Source of the DNA: Macrostomum lignano
Taxonomy: Eukaryota
Assembly (NCBI GenBank): GCA_002269645.1
Contig: NIVC01001630.1
Coordinates: forward strand, 1 to 64,000
Length of the DNA stretch: 64,000 bases
Direction of reading: 5' to 3'
A model generated the notes under the pieces. The model ran no database searches and was not told the DNA's origin. It was given only the letters and a program-made list of their open reading frames with translations. The translations under genes were made by a program, and so were the position numbers. Positions 43,381 to 55,345 of this stretch are shown piece after piece (the stretch's first letter is position 1; the number at the start of each line of letters is the position of its first letter).

Positions 43381-43482
43381 CCATGGACTTCTATACTTAG
43401 CATCTGGACTGGAAGCGAAAAAATTCGCGTTACCACATAAGGCCATCAGAAATGTATTTAATTTAAGTATAGAAGTCCATGG
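43381..43482. mobile_element. 102-bp mini-MITE/hairpin
   Basis: Perfect 19-bp inverted repeat ccatggacttctatactta / taagtatagaagtccatgg, flanked by gtttt on both sides. Confidence 0.6.
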
Positions 43483-43721
43483 GTTTTCACTGCAAAATGC
43501 ACTAGAAATGCTTCGAGTCTTAGCATAAACTTTTTGGCGACTTACAAATAAAAGAAGCATACGTTTCGCTCCAGATTGAATCACACGTTGATCTATAGAA
43601 AATATGAAAATGTATGTTTATGAGTAGAGTAGTGACGTAGTTTTAACTGGAGGCGCCGAAATACTAAGGGACATCACTATATTTGATGTCTTGGTAGGTT
43701 GATGAGCGCCACTGACTCTTT

Positions 43722-44049
43722 AGTGGGCACCCCTGTCTTTTGTTGGGCACCCCTGTCTTTTGGTGGGCACCCCTGTCTTTTGTTGGGCACCCCTGTCTTT
43801 TGGTGGGCACCCTGTCTTTTGTTGGGCACCCCTGTCTTTTGGTGGGCGCCCCTGTCTTTTGGTGGGCACCCCTGTCTTTTGTTGGGCACCCCTGTCTTTT
43901 GGTGGGCGCCCCTGTCTTTTGGTGGGCACCCCTGTCTTTTGGTGGGTGTCCCTGTCTTTTGGTGGGCACCCCCGTCTCTTGGTGGGCGCCCCTGTCTTTT
44001 GTTGGGCACCCCTGTCTTTTGGTGGGTGTCCCTGTCTTTTGGTGGGCAC
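43722..44049. repeat. 20-bp minisatellite (gggcacccctgtcttttggt)n
   Basis: Direct inspection; source of several overlapping spurious ORFs. Confidence 0.95.
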
Positions 44050-44457
44050 CGTGTGTTAGGCTCCTGTCATTCGTTGTGTTTGGCTGTCTCTCATTTAGTT
44101 TTCGGAGAAGCTATGGGAGAGGAAGCATTCCCCTTGCCTAAAACGTGAGTGACTCATAATTAGCTTGTAATTTGCGAAGCCTGATGAAAATCTATTTGAA
44201 GTACTAATAATTTCTCTTCCATTACCTGATATTATCGATTTACAAGACTGAGTGAGACAGGATTGACATTTCTAACTGTTTAAATTTACACCTGTCACTT
44301 CCAAAATGGCGAGAAAAATACAAGTAGCAAACAAATGTAAAGAAATTGATATTGCGTGACGGTCCTGAGGCAAGAAAATATGCTTCCAGATTTTTTATAT
44401 TTCGATTGTCAATTAGGCCTGAATAGAAAGTCTGTGTGAGCGTGTGTACAGTATGTG

Positions 44458-45991
44458 CAGGGGCGTCGCCATAGATTTAATGATGGATGAGGTGGGGACA
44501 AAGCCAAGAATTCAACATGTATTTGTAAAATTGTACAGGTGTAGCGGAGCACGGAGCGGAGTTCAAATAGAAAGAAAGAAATATCCGGTGACTCAAATTA
44601 ACTATTAAATTTATCATTAATTATTCTAGGTCATTTATTTCGTGTTATTTAGTTGTAGAAATTGACAAAAAATAATATAAATAACTTATATTTAAAGTTA
44701 CTAGGCCTAGGGGCACAGTCTTGGCGGCAGTGGAGTGACTAAGCCAATTTACTAAATATAATCTAATGTTAATTTGGTCTGGTTGGCGCTATAGCCTATA
44801 GAGCAAAATTATTTCAAATAGTCTTGTCTGGTATCACTGGACTAATGTAACGAAACACGCCGCGCGCGAGGAGGGAGAGAGAGCCTACACCCAAAAACAC
44901 GAAACTCCCGCACTCAAAACCGCGCCAAAACTGGTCCACTAAAACCTTCAATACTAACTTCAAAAAAGTGGTAACGAAAGTAATAAAACAGTAGATGAAA
45001 TTATAGACATAATTTTTCTATAACAAAACATTAAAGCGCTTTCCCCCTACCCCTATAATTATTACAAAAAAATCAATTTAAGTACATTAAAAAATCAGAT
45101 AGAAACTAAAAAATATTATAGTATAACGACATCGTCACACAGGAGTAAATTTCTACATGTCCATAATTTTGAGAATCGATGTCAGCGCTAATTTTGGCGC
45201 AGCAGGCACTCATTTTAGCGCATCAGGCACTCATTTTGGCGCAGAAGGCACTCATTTTAGCGCAGCAGGCACTCATTTTAGCGCCGCAGGCACTCATTTT
45301 AGCACCGCAGGCACTCATTTTAGCGCCTCAGGCACTCATTTTAGCGCCGCAGGCACTCATTTTAGCACCGCAGGCACTCATTTTAGCACCGCAGGCACTC
45401 ATTTTAGCGCCGCAGGCACTCATTTTAGCACCGCAGGCACTCATTTTAGCACCGCAGGCACTCATTTTAGCGCCGCAGGCACTCATTTTAGCGCCGCAGG
45501 CACTCATTTTAGCGCCGCAGGCACTCATTTTAGCGCAGCAGGCACTCATTTTAGCGCAGCAGGCACTCATTTTAGCGCAGCAGGCACTCATTTAGCACAT
45601 CAGGCACTCATTTTAGCGCAGCAGGCACTCATTTTAGCACCGCAGGCACTCATTTTAGCGCAGCAGGCACTCATTTAGCACATCAGGCACTCATTTTAGC
45701 GCCGCAGGCACTCATTTTAGCGCAGCAGGCACTCATTTTAGCGCAGCAGGCACTCATTTAGCACATCAGGCACTCATTTTAGCGCCGCAGGCACTCATTT
45801 TAGCGCAGCAGGCACTCATTTTAGCGCAGCAGGCACTCATTTAGCACATCAGGCACTCATTTCCTGAAGAAAAATTATTATTTACTACAACGGGTCAGAA
45901 GGTGGGGTGGGGGGACAAACCATTGGCATGTGCCCCCGTAGCTTTTACTTGGGGGACATGTCCCCCTGTCCCCTCGGTGGCGACGAGCGTG
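44458..45991. mobile_element. Putative non-autonomous hAT-like element carrying a minisatellite
   Basis: Left end caggggcgtcgcc, right end ggcgacgagcgtg; both subterminal regions are shared with the short element at 55840-56091. The TSD is imperfect (agtatgtg vs tgtgtgtg). Confidence 0.5.
45195..45861. repeat. 21-bp minisatellite (gcaggcactcattttagcgca)n
   Basis: Direct inspection. Confidence 0.95.
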
Positions 45992-46309
45992 TGTGTGTGT
46001 GTCCACGTACAGTATTGGTGCGCTTGTCTGCCCTCAGGAGTCAGGGGAATGGGCAGAATTGCCTTACCGTTGGATGTGAGACAATGTCACCAAATGCCTT
46101 GCGCCAGAGTGGCCCGCAGCCCTTCAGTTTAACCTTGCGATCCGTTGTTCTCAATATAAGATAAATCTTTAGGCTTTTCTCATAAAAAATGCTTTACCAC
46201 GTATCCATATTCAATCTGTGTGCCGCTATCTCAGCTGGCCTCGTGCTGATAAGCCTTTTTTATTGCATCCGTGACAACAGGTTGGTATAATTCTGGCTGT
46301 GAATCAAAT

Positions 46310-46550
46310 ATACTCAGCAACATTGAAAATTCGCCACCCTTTGGCCCCAGTGAGCAGTGTCTTTCGGCCAACGTCTTTTACCTAGCTCAGATACATGTAC
46401 TATTACCTTTTAATATCCATGTTGATGTTAAAAATGCTTGAAAAAACAATGAAATCTGGGCGGAAGCTTCAATCCGTCCAATCTTCGCCCTCCGCTCTTC
46501 CCAATCCCTCATCACCCAGCCCAACTCTGCGTTGCGTGGCGCAAGTTGCG
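46310..46550 (+). repeat. Dispersed repeat, second copy at about 63150-63355
   Basis: Shared atactcagcaacatt...gccccagtgagcagtgtctttcg...gggcggaagcttcaatccgtc...cttcgccctccgctcttccc. Confidence 0.75.
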
Positions 46551-46786
46551 TCACTCAAAAGTCAATACTGAGCTAGAATTTATTAAAGGTGGCGGCTGTT
46601 TTTGAGTATAGTTACCAAAATATATAATTTTGACAGAAATGTTTATCGAAATTTTCCCACGGTCAGAAACTCTAATGAAGCCGAGCTCTATTAGACAAAA
46701 CCATTGTATAAAATTCGTTTAGACACAATTAGTGTAAATATATCCGAGTTCGAATCTCCTAGTTAACAGAAATTTGAATATCAATA

Positions 46787-48289
46787 TCAATTCTCGCTAG
46801 AATCAAGAAGTGGTCTATCTTCTTGGCTTGGGTCATTAAGAATCCCTGTCCATCTCTGTCCGGACGGCTCCTCAACGTCATCGTCCTCCTCGTAGACAAC
46901 CTGCAGAGATCGAGCCACCCGTAGAGCGTACAGTCGCCAGTAGACGAGGCTTAACAGCAGCAACAGGAGCAAAATCGAATGGTAGATAAACAACAGAGGT
47001 GGCCTGTCTAAGCTTGGCGGCAGGCCCTGGCAGATGATGAAGAGAGAGCGGCTGGTCAGGTGCGCCAGGCCCCACACCGTCAGCATGACGCCGACAATCA
47101 GCGGCTTAGCGGCGTCGCGCTCAAAGCTGTCTACCAGCTCGTAGGCGGCCACCATGGTGAGGGCGGCAGCTGTCGCGTCCACCACCGATGCGGCGGTGCT
47201 GATCAACGACAGAGCGAACGGGTGAGAAACTCTGACACCACTGACTACAAGCAGACCCAGTTCAACTGTTGCCTCCATGACGATGCCGGAAAGAAGACGC
47301 TGCTGAATAGGCAGGCGTTGGCGACGGCCTCGGCAGCAGGCGGTGAAGACGAGAGCGCCATTGACGACAAGCAGAGCGATGGGGAGCAGAGCAACATGAG
47401 GAGGAAGGCCGCTGGCGCCGGTCTCTAGGTGGCCGCAGCCGCTACTACAGCTGGTGTTTGCTAATATGAGCGCTCGCTGAGCATCTAGCACGGCTGCTCG
47501 CTCGTCGCAAACGCCGATGAGGAAAGGTATTAGCATGCTGAACACGATGCAGCTGCGCTTTAGACGGCTTCTAGTCGGCAGTTGGACATGTCTGCAACTG
47601 AATGAGGGCAGCTTCATTACTTTAGGCGCACGCCGAGGCGTAGATTCGAGCAACGTTGTGCCCGGCGCGGGTGCTGCGGCAGCGTCGAAATAAGGAAGCG
47701 CCACGAAAGCGAGCGCTACAAAGATGAATGCACAGACCAACCAGACGAGGCTGGTGTGCTTTCCAACTCTGGGATTGTTGAACAACTTCTTCACCTGGAT
47801 GCCCACTAAGAGACCAGCCGCTGCCGACATGTAGACCAGCGCGCAGAGCACAGTTCGATGTTGCGGTCTCGTCCGCTTGCTTAGCACTGCGTACATCACG
47901 TTTGGCATGACCAGGCCGTTGCACACCAGCACGAGAGCGCAGGCGGTCAGAGTGACGCCTGCAGATTCCAGCTGCCATTGGTCTGTGTACACTGAATAAG
48001 TCATGGCACCTGCCGATGCAAATAGTACGCAGCCGCCCAACTGGAGTGCTCGCAGGTGCCCAACGATGCAAGCTAGCAAGCCACCAAGAACTGGAAATAG
48101 AAAGCGACAGGTGTACATCCAGGAGAGCACAGAAACGGAATCCTCAGCTGAATGCTTTGCGACGCTGCTGTCATTGACAGTTCCGGCTTCAGATTGGCTA
48201 AACTGGTACTCCACGACTTTCATGCAGCATCGCATCGCTAGGAGTGCCGCAGTGTGGCCGACAGTAGCCACACTGCCAAGTGTAGGCAT
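46787..48289 (-). CDS. Divergent MFS transporter, most like the POT/PTR2 (SLC15) oligopeptide family, about 500 aa, single exon
   Basis: About 11-12 hydrophobic segments; Y...LFPVLGGLLA..VG (POT TM2-like), NGLVMPN (GxGxxKP-like) and PIQQRLLSG (P..QRIG-like); acidic tail with a dileucine-like DRPLL. Confidence 0.65.
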   Translation of the reverse strand: MPTLGSVATVGHTAALLAMRCCMKVVEYQFSQSEAGTVNDSSVAKHSAEDSVSVLSWMYTCRFLFPVLGGLLACIVGHLRALQLGGCVLFASAGAMTYSVYTDQWQLESAGVTLTACALVLVCNGLVMPNVMYAVLSKRTRPQHRTVLCALVYMSAAAGLLVGIQVKKLFNNPRVGKHTSLVWLVCAFIFVALAFVALPYFDAAAAPAPGTTLLESTPRRAPKVMKLPSFSCRHVQLPTRSRLKRSCIVFSMLIPFLIGVCDERAAVLDAQRALILANTSCSSGCGHLETGASGLPPHVALLPIALLVVNGALVFTACCRGRRQRLPIQQRLLSGIVMEATVELGLLVVSGVRVSHPFALSLISTAASVVDATAAALTMVAAYELVDSFERDAAKPLIVGVMLTVWGLAHLTSRSLFIICQGLPPSLDRPPLLFIYHSILLLLLLLSLVYWRLYALRVARSLQVVYEEDDDVEEPSGQRWTGILNDPSQEDRPLLDSSEN

Positions 48290-48746
48290 TTCGAGCTTTC
48301 TAGAAATTATGATTCACAGGTGGCTGCTGTGCGCTCAACATCGAACCTAAATGGCCCAGCTAATCTGTTTTTTTCAGCAGATAGCCGCGTGTACAGCTGT
48401 TGCCCTAATCATAAGATAGGTATCATGTTGCACTTCCATGCAAAAACTGATAATACCGCGGGCGCAGCTACATGTACACCCAATAAACATTTATAAACAT
48501 CTAATTTCGAACGATAAAAGCTATGTTTAGAGTTTACTGGACCTCAAAAAGTCTGTCTGTGTGTGTGTGTGTTTTTGAATAGGCTTGTGAAGAATCAATG
48601 AGAGGCGATGTTGCACGATGGAAGATAAACAATATTAAACGTGCCAGAATAGTGCGTGTGTTTAAAACCAGAAATTAATGAAACTGAACCCCAATGATGT
48701 TGTGAGGAAAGATATGTTGTAAAGCACGCTCCTGTATTTTCAACAG

Positions 48747-49700
48747 TAATTCGACACGAGTTCGAGAAATTGTGTACTCAAACTACAGTCTGCTCTCGGT
48801 CTGGGAATGGTCTCTTCTGCTGCGCGGCAACTTCGAGCCAGACAGAAGCCCGGAATTCGAGTGTTCCTCGCGCCGCCAGGCGAATACCCGTCCGAGTTCG
48901 TGAGCTCGTTCGTCCTGGGTCCGGACAAGCACCACACGGTCAATATCGAGATGCTGCAGCAGGAGTACCAATCTGACCAGTTCTCGTGTCGCAGTGACAA
49001 ATCCGTTGTGCAGTTTGTGAATCCGTACGATGAAAGCCCGTACAATCACACCTACAGCTATTCCTACTGCTACTACACATTGTATAACCAAGCCCTTCAA
49101 GAACTGTTCAACATGTCCGGAGGGATCGGCCCTCTACCGTGGCCTTTGAGAGGGAAGAACCATGCTTTCAACTTGACCGGCGAGCCTAGCTTGTCAAAAT
49201 CAGTCGCGAAACAGTTTGACGCTTTTATTGATAAGACAGCAAATATCGAAAAAAATCTGCCATCTGTAGCGCCCTTGCACCAGCCTGCACTACAAGGTGA
49301 GCATCTCCAGCGCCACGTGGCCGACCAAAAGCTCGCTTGCCAACTTCATCAACAGCTCGGTGAGGAAGGCCTGGGCTCAAGCCAAGACCCGTAACCTCAG
49401 TGTACCTGCGTTAGACTTTCTCATGACAGGAAACGCATCGAGCGTCGCCTCATATATTCGAGAGAATGTGCTTTTAAGCCAAATGCCGCACTCTGCAATA
49501 AAGTGGTGTTCTCAAAGGAGTACGGCGTGGTGAACTTTGTAGCGGATCTCGGAGGCATTATGGGAATTTACCTGGGCATGTCACTGCTGACTTTGTGCGA
49601 ACTGCTTGAGCTGCTGTTCGATACTCTGGCTTGGTGCATTTCAAAGAGTGGACGTGCCGGGAATGCAGTTGGGAGTGTCACTGAAGCTCGAGCCTCATAA
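48747..49700 (+). pseudogene. 3' half of a DEG/ENaC (ASIC/FaNaC-like) channel, disrupted by frameshifts and a stop
   Basis: PGIRVFL..PGEYP, C.L*RPCTSLHYKVSISSATWPT, YIRENVL and TM2 VADLGGIMGIYLGMSLLTLCELLE are spread over different frames; acceptor caacag| at 48746; no 5' half found. Confidence 0.8.
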
Positions 49701-49904
49701 AGAAAAACATCGCAGATTTAACTATAGAGACACCGTTTTTATTTGGTTAAGCCTTTTACACTTTTAAATGCTTTGTCATATTTGCGCTTCTTAAAGTCAC
49801 TATAAAATGTGATTATTTTTGGCAGTAGCCTAATTGTCAACAAGCTAATAAACTCTTAAAACTTTTTTGCTTAACAGTTTAACATATATATTGAAAGCTA
49901 TATA

Positions 49905-50145
49905 TTTTTTATTACACCTGCCCTAATGGGCAGATGTGCAACCGACAGCTCAACCGCGGCTATTGCGCGGCGCATCTGAAGGCTGCGTACGACTGGGGGG
50001 GGGTCGCCACACCCACTCTCAATTGCCCCAGCTATTGCTGGTACCTCTTTAGTGTCTTGCTCAAGGACATAAATTGTTCCGAGTGAGTCCAGAATCGAAC
50101 CCCCGACCTACCAGTCGTGAGTCCAACGCTCTGTTGTTCAGCTAA
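49905..50145 (-). mobile_element. tRNA-derived SINE with a V-domain-like core
   Basis: Minus strand B-box-like GGTTCGATTCT (about 50091-50101), followed by TGTCCTTGAGCAAGACACT (50051-50069). Confidence 0.65.
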
Positions 50146-50517
50146 TGAAGTTAACCACAAAAGTACTTTTTACTCTTTGCTTTGTCTGCCAAAAACTAAC
50201 GTTCAAAGTAGTTTAGTGAAAGATTAGAAACAGTTTGTTCATCAACTCATCAGCTAAAAATAGGTGCAATAAACCAATAGATATTTTTGTCAGGTTAAGC
50301 TGGTGCCACCATGTCCGGATGCAAGCCAGATGTTGCCATGAATTCCAAATCTGGCACTTGCAGACCATTTTCTCCAGGTACGATGCGTTGAAGAAATTCC
50401 GCCCATTGGCCATTTCTTCATGTACGGATAAGCTGCCCGGATCGGAGACTTCATCCGACGAGTCACGGGTGCCTTTGATCAATTTTCAATGTTTGTGAGT
50501 ACATTTAGAGAAACCTT

Positions 50518-50634
50518 GGGCCCGTTCTATAAAGCCATCGTAAGATAAGATCGTTCTTAGCTCCTATCTCCGCAGTGTAAAAGTTCCGACGTACGATCGA
50601 ACTTACGCTATGACAGCTTTATAGTACGACCCCC
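50518..50634. mobile_element. Short Harbinger-like MITE/hairpin
   Basis: Imperfect TIR gggcccgttctataaagc / gctttatagtacgacccc; a possible 3-bp TTG duplication requires a one-base register shift. Confidence 0.4.
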
Positions 50635-50896
50635 TTGAGTAATTATTTAGCGGGCCGTTATGAAGAGTTGAGTATTACGTGTTACGTCTAAATTATGCTT
50701 TTCAAAGGCTTTCAAATGTAGCGATGCATTGTTAAAGTTTTTTTCTATTTCTTCCCAACAGCCAATAGGATGTCGCCAAAAGCTTTCCTATCGGCAAAAT
50801 GCCTGCATAAAACTGCTCCCCAATTTATTTGAGCATTGCAGCCCACTTCTACCCTGTCAGTGCGCTCAAACTCAGAAGCCATTTTAACTACTGATT

Positions 50897-52981
50897 ATGC
50901 ATTACCAATTGATTGCCATTCTGCTTCTTGCGGCAGGTGAGTGTTACTTACATTTACATGTACATGAAAGGGTTTAGCCAGAATATTTTCATTGCCTCTT
51001 TGAATCAGTGCCATTTCATTTTCTTTATTACACATCGATATGGTTTTACCCAACGATTTTCGCTCAGTGACGAACGGTCGCGAGTTTGAACTCTTGAACA
51101 GCCGGTCTATCGTGATTGACGACTCGGTGAGCAGCAACCTGTTGAATGAGACCAGCTTCTTTCGATCCGATGTCGAATGTCTGTCTTGGTGCAACTTGAA
51201 ACTCTGCGTTGCCGTCGTCCTGAACGACACTAGCAAAGTCTGCCAGATGGCCGTTATCAACGATGAGTCAACGGGCCAGCCGGGTCCCAACGGCAGTCAC
51301 GTGACCAGGCAGCTCGGCTCGCCCAACGATCTCGCGGTGCGCGTGTGGAAAGCGGAAGACTTTGAGGCGCAGCTCAAATCGAAGGCTCCAATTAGTGATG
51401 TCGTTTTTAAAAGTAGGTCGCACAATATTTTGAGCTCACTGAAGCGTAAAAAGCTGAGCTTTTTTGTATGATTCACGACCATGAGGAGCTGACTCCCAAT
51501 GCACAGAGTGTGTAAATGCCTGTGACCGCTTTACACCCTGTGTGAGCGCGTGTACATGTACGTATCCGTGTGAGTGTACGCTCTCTCTACGTGCAACGTA
51601 GTTCTGCGGAGTTGAAATTGGGCCTTAAAATATTTTTCCGTATCTGACTCAACGATAACTTCTAGTAGGCAGCGGAATGATTTGTGAAGTAACAAGAAAT
51701 ATTTCAATATTTTGGATCTTAACCTGGTTGCAGATTCAAGTACTGGCCGGTCGGGACTCATTCAAAACTACACGATCAATAGTACCGGCTGCTACCGCAT
51801 CCAGGCCTACGGAGCAGCTGGCGGCAGCACGACCGTTGTTAACGCGGGAGTTCGGCCCGGCTATGGAGCTTACGCCGCCGTGAACTATAACCTAACAGCC
51901 GGCGCTCTGCTGAAAATCGTAGTCGGTCAAGCCGGTGAGAACGTCTCCTTCCCAGTTGGCGCTGGAGGAGGCGGTGGAAGCTTCGTGTACATCGACGGCG
52001 ACACATATCCGATCCTGGTTGCCGGAGGCGGCGGCGCAATGTCGGGCTTTACCCCAGGTAAAAATTTTATTACACAGAGCATCGATCAGGAAATTTAAAA
52101 GGTCGCCACAGTCGCAAAATGCAGCAACCAGTATTTGGAAGTTTCAGTTTTTGTTCGAGAGGTGTTCAGAAAGTTCTGACACTTTTCTTCCTAAGAGTCT
52201 AAGTCCTTAGGCTTGAAAGATGAGCATGATGATAATTAATGACAATAATTTTGTTTCTACAATTGGATCAACTAACCATCTCGCAAGCATAACTTTTGAA
52301 TGAAATGACGAAATACGTCAGTGTACCGCAAAAGATTGAATTTATTACCACCAATGACACCAATTGTACATTGTTACGTTTTCGCTCTGCGATTAAATGT
52401 ATCAGAACTTTCTGGACATCAGTCGAAACTCCGGAAGGCCAGGTAAATCATTCATTAAACGAAATATACCAGGCATGGATGGCAACAATGCCACCAGCGG
52501 AACATCCGCCTATAACTCTGCCGACACGTACTCCGGCGCCGGCGGCACCAACGGCGCTGCAGGTTCGTTCGGCAGTCAATTCGTGACAAACATGACTGTC
52601 TCCTGCGGCGGTCCCGGAGCCGGTTGGAACGGCGCGGCCAACAAGTGCGGTTACAACCAACCTGGAGGCGGCGGTCTGAGCCGTTCCGGTGGCTGGCTCG
52701 GCGGTTTACGCAACGCCATCAGTTGCACCAACGTCGCTGGCAACGGCGGATTTGGCGGCGGAGGCGCCGGCGGCGGCTGTGCCTCGTCGAACAAATTTGG
52801 CGCCGGAGGCGGCGGTGGCGGCTACAGCGGTGGCGGCGCTGGCTCAAAGTCTAATAGCGGCGGCGGCGGCGGAGGCTCCTATTGCAGCAGTGGCGGCGGC
52901 GGCTGCGTGATGGTCGCCGGCGCTAACGCTGAGTGGCACGGTCGAGTGCTGCTGAGACGGCTGGGAGACACGTGCGCTTGA
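50897..52981 (+). CDS. Secreted protein: signal peptide + PAN/apple domain + ALK/LTK-type glycine-rich domain, about 405 aa, 4 exons
   Basis: Exons 50897-50936, 51068-51412, 51734-52057 and 52473-52981; all introns GT-AG and phase 1; total 1218 nt in frame. MHYQLIAILLLAAVTNG|RE; SDVECLSWC...CVAV.....C (PAN); IQNYTINSTGCYRIQAYGAAGG, LKIVVGQAG, GGGGGSFV, LVAGGGG, GGFGGGG and GGGGGYSGG. No TM segment. Confidence 0.85.
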
Positions 52982-53151
52982 ACTAGTACACCAGTTTGGC
53001 CTAGCTGGGACCGAGTTCGCTAACGCTTAACCTCTCTCCAAAATACGTGTACCTTGGGCCTAGGCAGAATTTTTATTCGGGTGCCATTTTGGAGCCATTA
53101 ATAACGGCGCTGTCTCGTAGGCGCCATCGGAGGACTCCAGAACCGGGGGCT

Positions 53152-53940
53152 TGAGCACCAAGGGGCTTTAGCACCAAGGGGCTTTAGCACCAAGGGGCTT
53201 TAGCACCAAGGGGCTTTAGCACCAAGGGGCTTTAGCACCAAGGGGCTTTAGCACCAAGGGGCTTTAGCACCAAGGGCTTTAGCACCAAGGGGCTTTAGCA
53301 CCAAGGGGCTTTAGCACCAAGGGGCTTTAGCACCAAGGGGCTTTAGCACCAAGGGGCTTTAGCACCAAGGGGCTTTAGCACCAAGGGGCTTTAGCACCAA
53401 GGGGCTTTAGCACCAAGGGGCTTTAGCACCAAGGGGCTTTAGCACCAAGGGGCTTTAGCACCAAGGGGCTTTAGCACCAAGGGGCTTTAGCACCAAGGGG
53501 CTTTAGCACCAAGGGGCTTTAGCACCAAGGGGCTTTAGCACCAAGGGGCTTTAGCACCAAGGGGCTTTAGCACCAAGGGGCTTTAGCACCAAGGGGCTTT
53601 AGCACCAAGGGGCTTTAGCACCAAGGGGCTTTAGCACCAAGGGGCTTTAGCACCAAGGGGCTTTAGCACCAAGGGGCTTTAGCACCAAGGGGCTTTAGCA
53701 CCAAGGGGCTTTAGCACCAAGGGGCTTTAGCACCAAGGGGCTTTAGCACCAAGGGGCTTTAGCACCAAGGGGCTTTAGCACCAAGGGGCTTTAGCACCAA
53801 GGGGCTTTAGCACCAAGGGGCTTTAGCACCAAGGGGCTTTAGCACCAAGGGGCTTTAGCACCAAGGGGCGCCAGCACCAAGGGGCGCCAGCACCAAGGGG
53901 CGCCAGCACCAGGGTTGCCAGCACTAGGGGCGCCAGCATC
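53152..53940. repeat. 16-bp minisatellite (gcaccaaggggcttta)n grading into gcaccaaggggcgcca
   Basis: Direct inspection; related to the 15-bp array at 59020-59268. Confidence 0.96.
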
Positions 53941-55125
53941 AGAGGGCAAATTACCCGCGATCGATTTCGGCCACATTCGTTTGTAACTCGTTCGTCAAAA
54001 ATTAGCCTTGAGGCTTTCGTGCGATTCTTTCTATTTAGCCTGCATAGGCATCCGTGTGCGTGCTCAGGGTTCAGCAGAATGGGCCCTGCTTGCCTCCACC
54101 TTGGCCTGATGATACCCAAGTACCATGAGAGTGTTCTTTTAGTTTTATTGGGATGATTAGGGACAGTTTGCCTCGGAAATGGCTGTTTTTTATTGAACTC
54201 CAATTTCTGATAAAAAAGCGCACGCTCTGTGATGCGTTACAAATTTTTTGTTTCAAGGTAACATCATATGGATCGAGTTGAGAAAAACGTTTTATATCTA
54301 CATATTTTGATATTTTTAAGATTTTGAAAATTCGTAATGCGCTGATAAAAGAAAAAAACTTTTTAAATAAAGTTTTGTGCTTATTCGCTTTTAAATTTAG
54401 GTTTTACCAGATGTACTATACTCGTACCAATGCTGAAAATGATTTTTTTAGCTTTTTAGTAGCTAATTCATCTGTTTTACAGATTTCAATTATGAAAAAA
54501 CTATTCATTAAAGATATTTGAATTTATTCGTATTTTCTAAATTTACCTAATTTAATAGTTTTACACATTTTTATAACTTTAAACGATTAAACAGCTAATG
54601 TGCACATTTAATTTAATCTTTGTTACTTTGTGAACATTTCAAAACCACAGTTTTCTAGAAGTAGCTAGCTACTCTGTTTAATCCTCTTTATATCCTAATC
54701 ACATTTTGTTTGGTGTTTATTTAATAATCCAAACCTGTTTTGTTATAATTTTTCATTTCAAAAGCTTTCTGACAAATTATTACATTTATTTTTCGACTAT
54801 GTTTTCACAAGTTCGTTCATCTCCTTATGTATTGTTCAAAACAGTTATAATAACAGCTAGTGCCACCCTCCACGCAAGTCGACATTTTTCGCCCTCGTGT
54901 TTGCTTAAAAAATCTTAAAAGAGCAATAATGAAATAAGTGCAGTTCACGGTTGGAGTTACGTTAACTCGGAGGTTGAATTTTTAACACGCACGATATATG
55001 CGCGGGGGGTGGCACTTTTGACTCTTGCTGAGTATGTATATAATGCGCTACTGTTTCAATATCTACCAGTTAAGAATATCTTTTGTTTGACCGCCTAACT
55101 TCAAGTAGTACGTAGTACCACCATG

Positions 55126-55345
55126 GGGTATGAATAAAAGCCGGACACGTATTAGACACTGGACACATTGGACACCCTTATTTTAACATTAGTTAATATA
55201 CTTTGTTTTTATAAAAACGTGTAAATATTTTTTATTATTACAATTTTGCATACGCTTATGGCAATATTTGAATTATTAGCATCAACAAGTTTCGACTTTT
55301 GTTAAAATAAGGGGTGTCCAATGTGTCCAGCTTTTATACAGACCC
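55126..55345. mobile_element. Mutator-like MITE (220 bp)
   Basis: TIR gggtatgaataaaagc...ggacacattggacacccttattttaac and its reverse complement; 10-bp direct flank taccaccatg at 55116-25 and 55346-55. Confidence 0.8.

Noticed and set aside
43664-45678. PTKRQG-, AGTHFS- and QALILA-repeat ORFs
   Set aside because: Translations of 20-bp and 21-bp minisatellites.
50213-50482. Possible PHD-finger fragment (MVCKCQIWNSWQHLAC)
   Set aside because: Only a partial Cys/His pattern, no flanking ligands or splice support; too weak to call.
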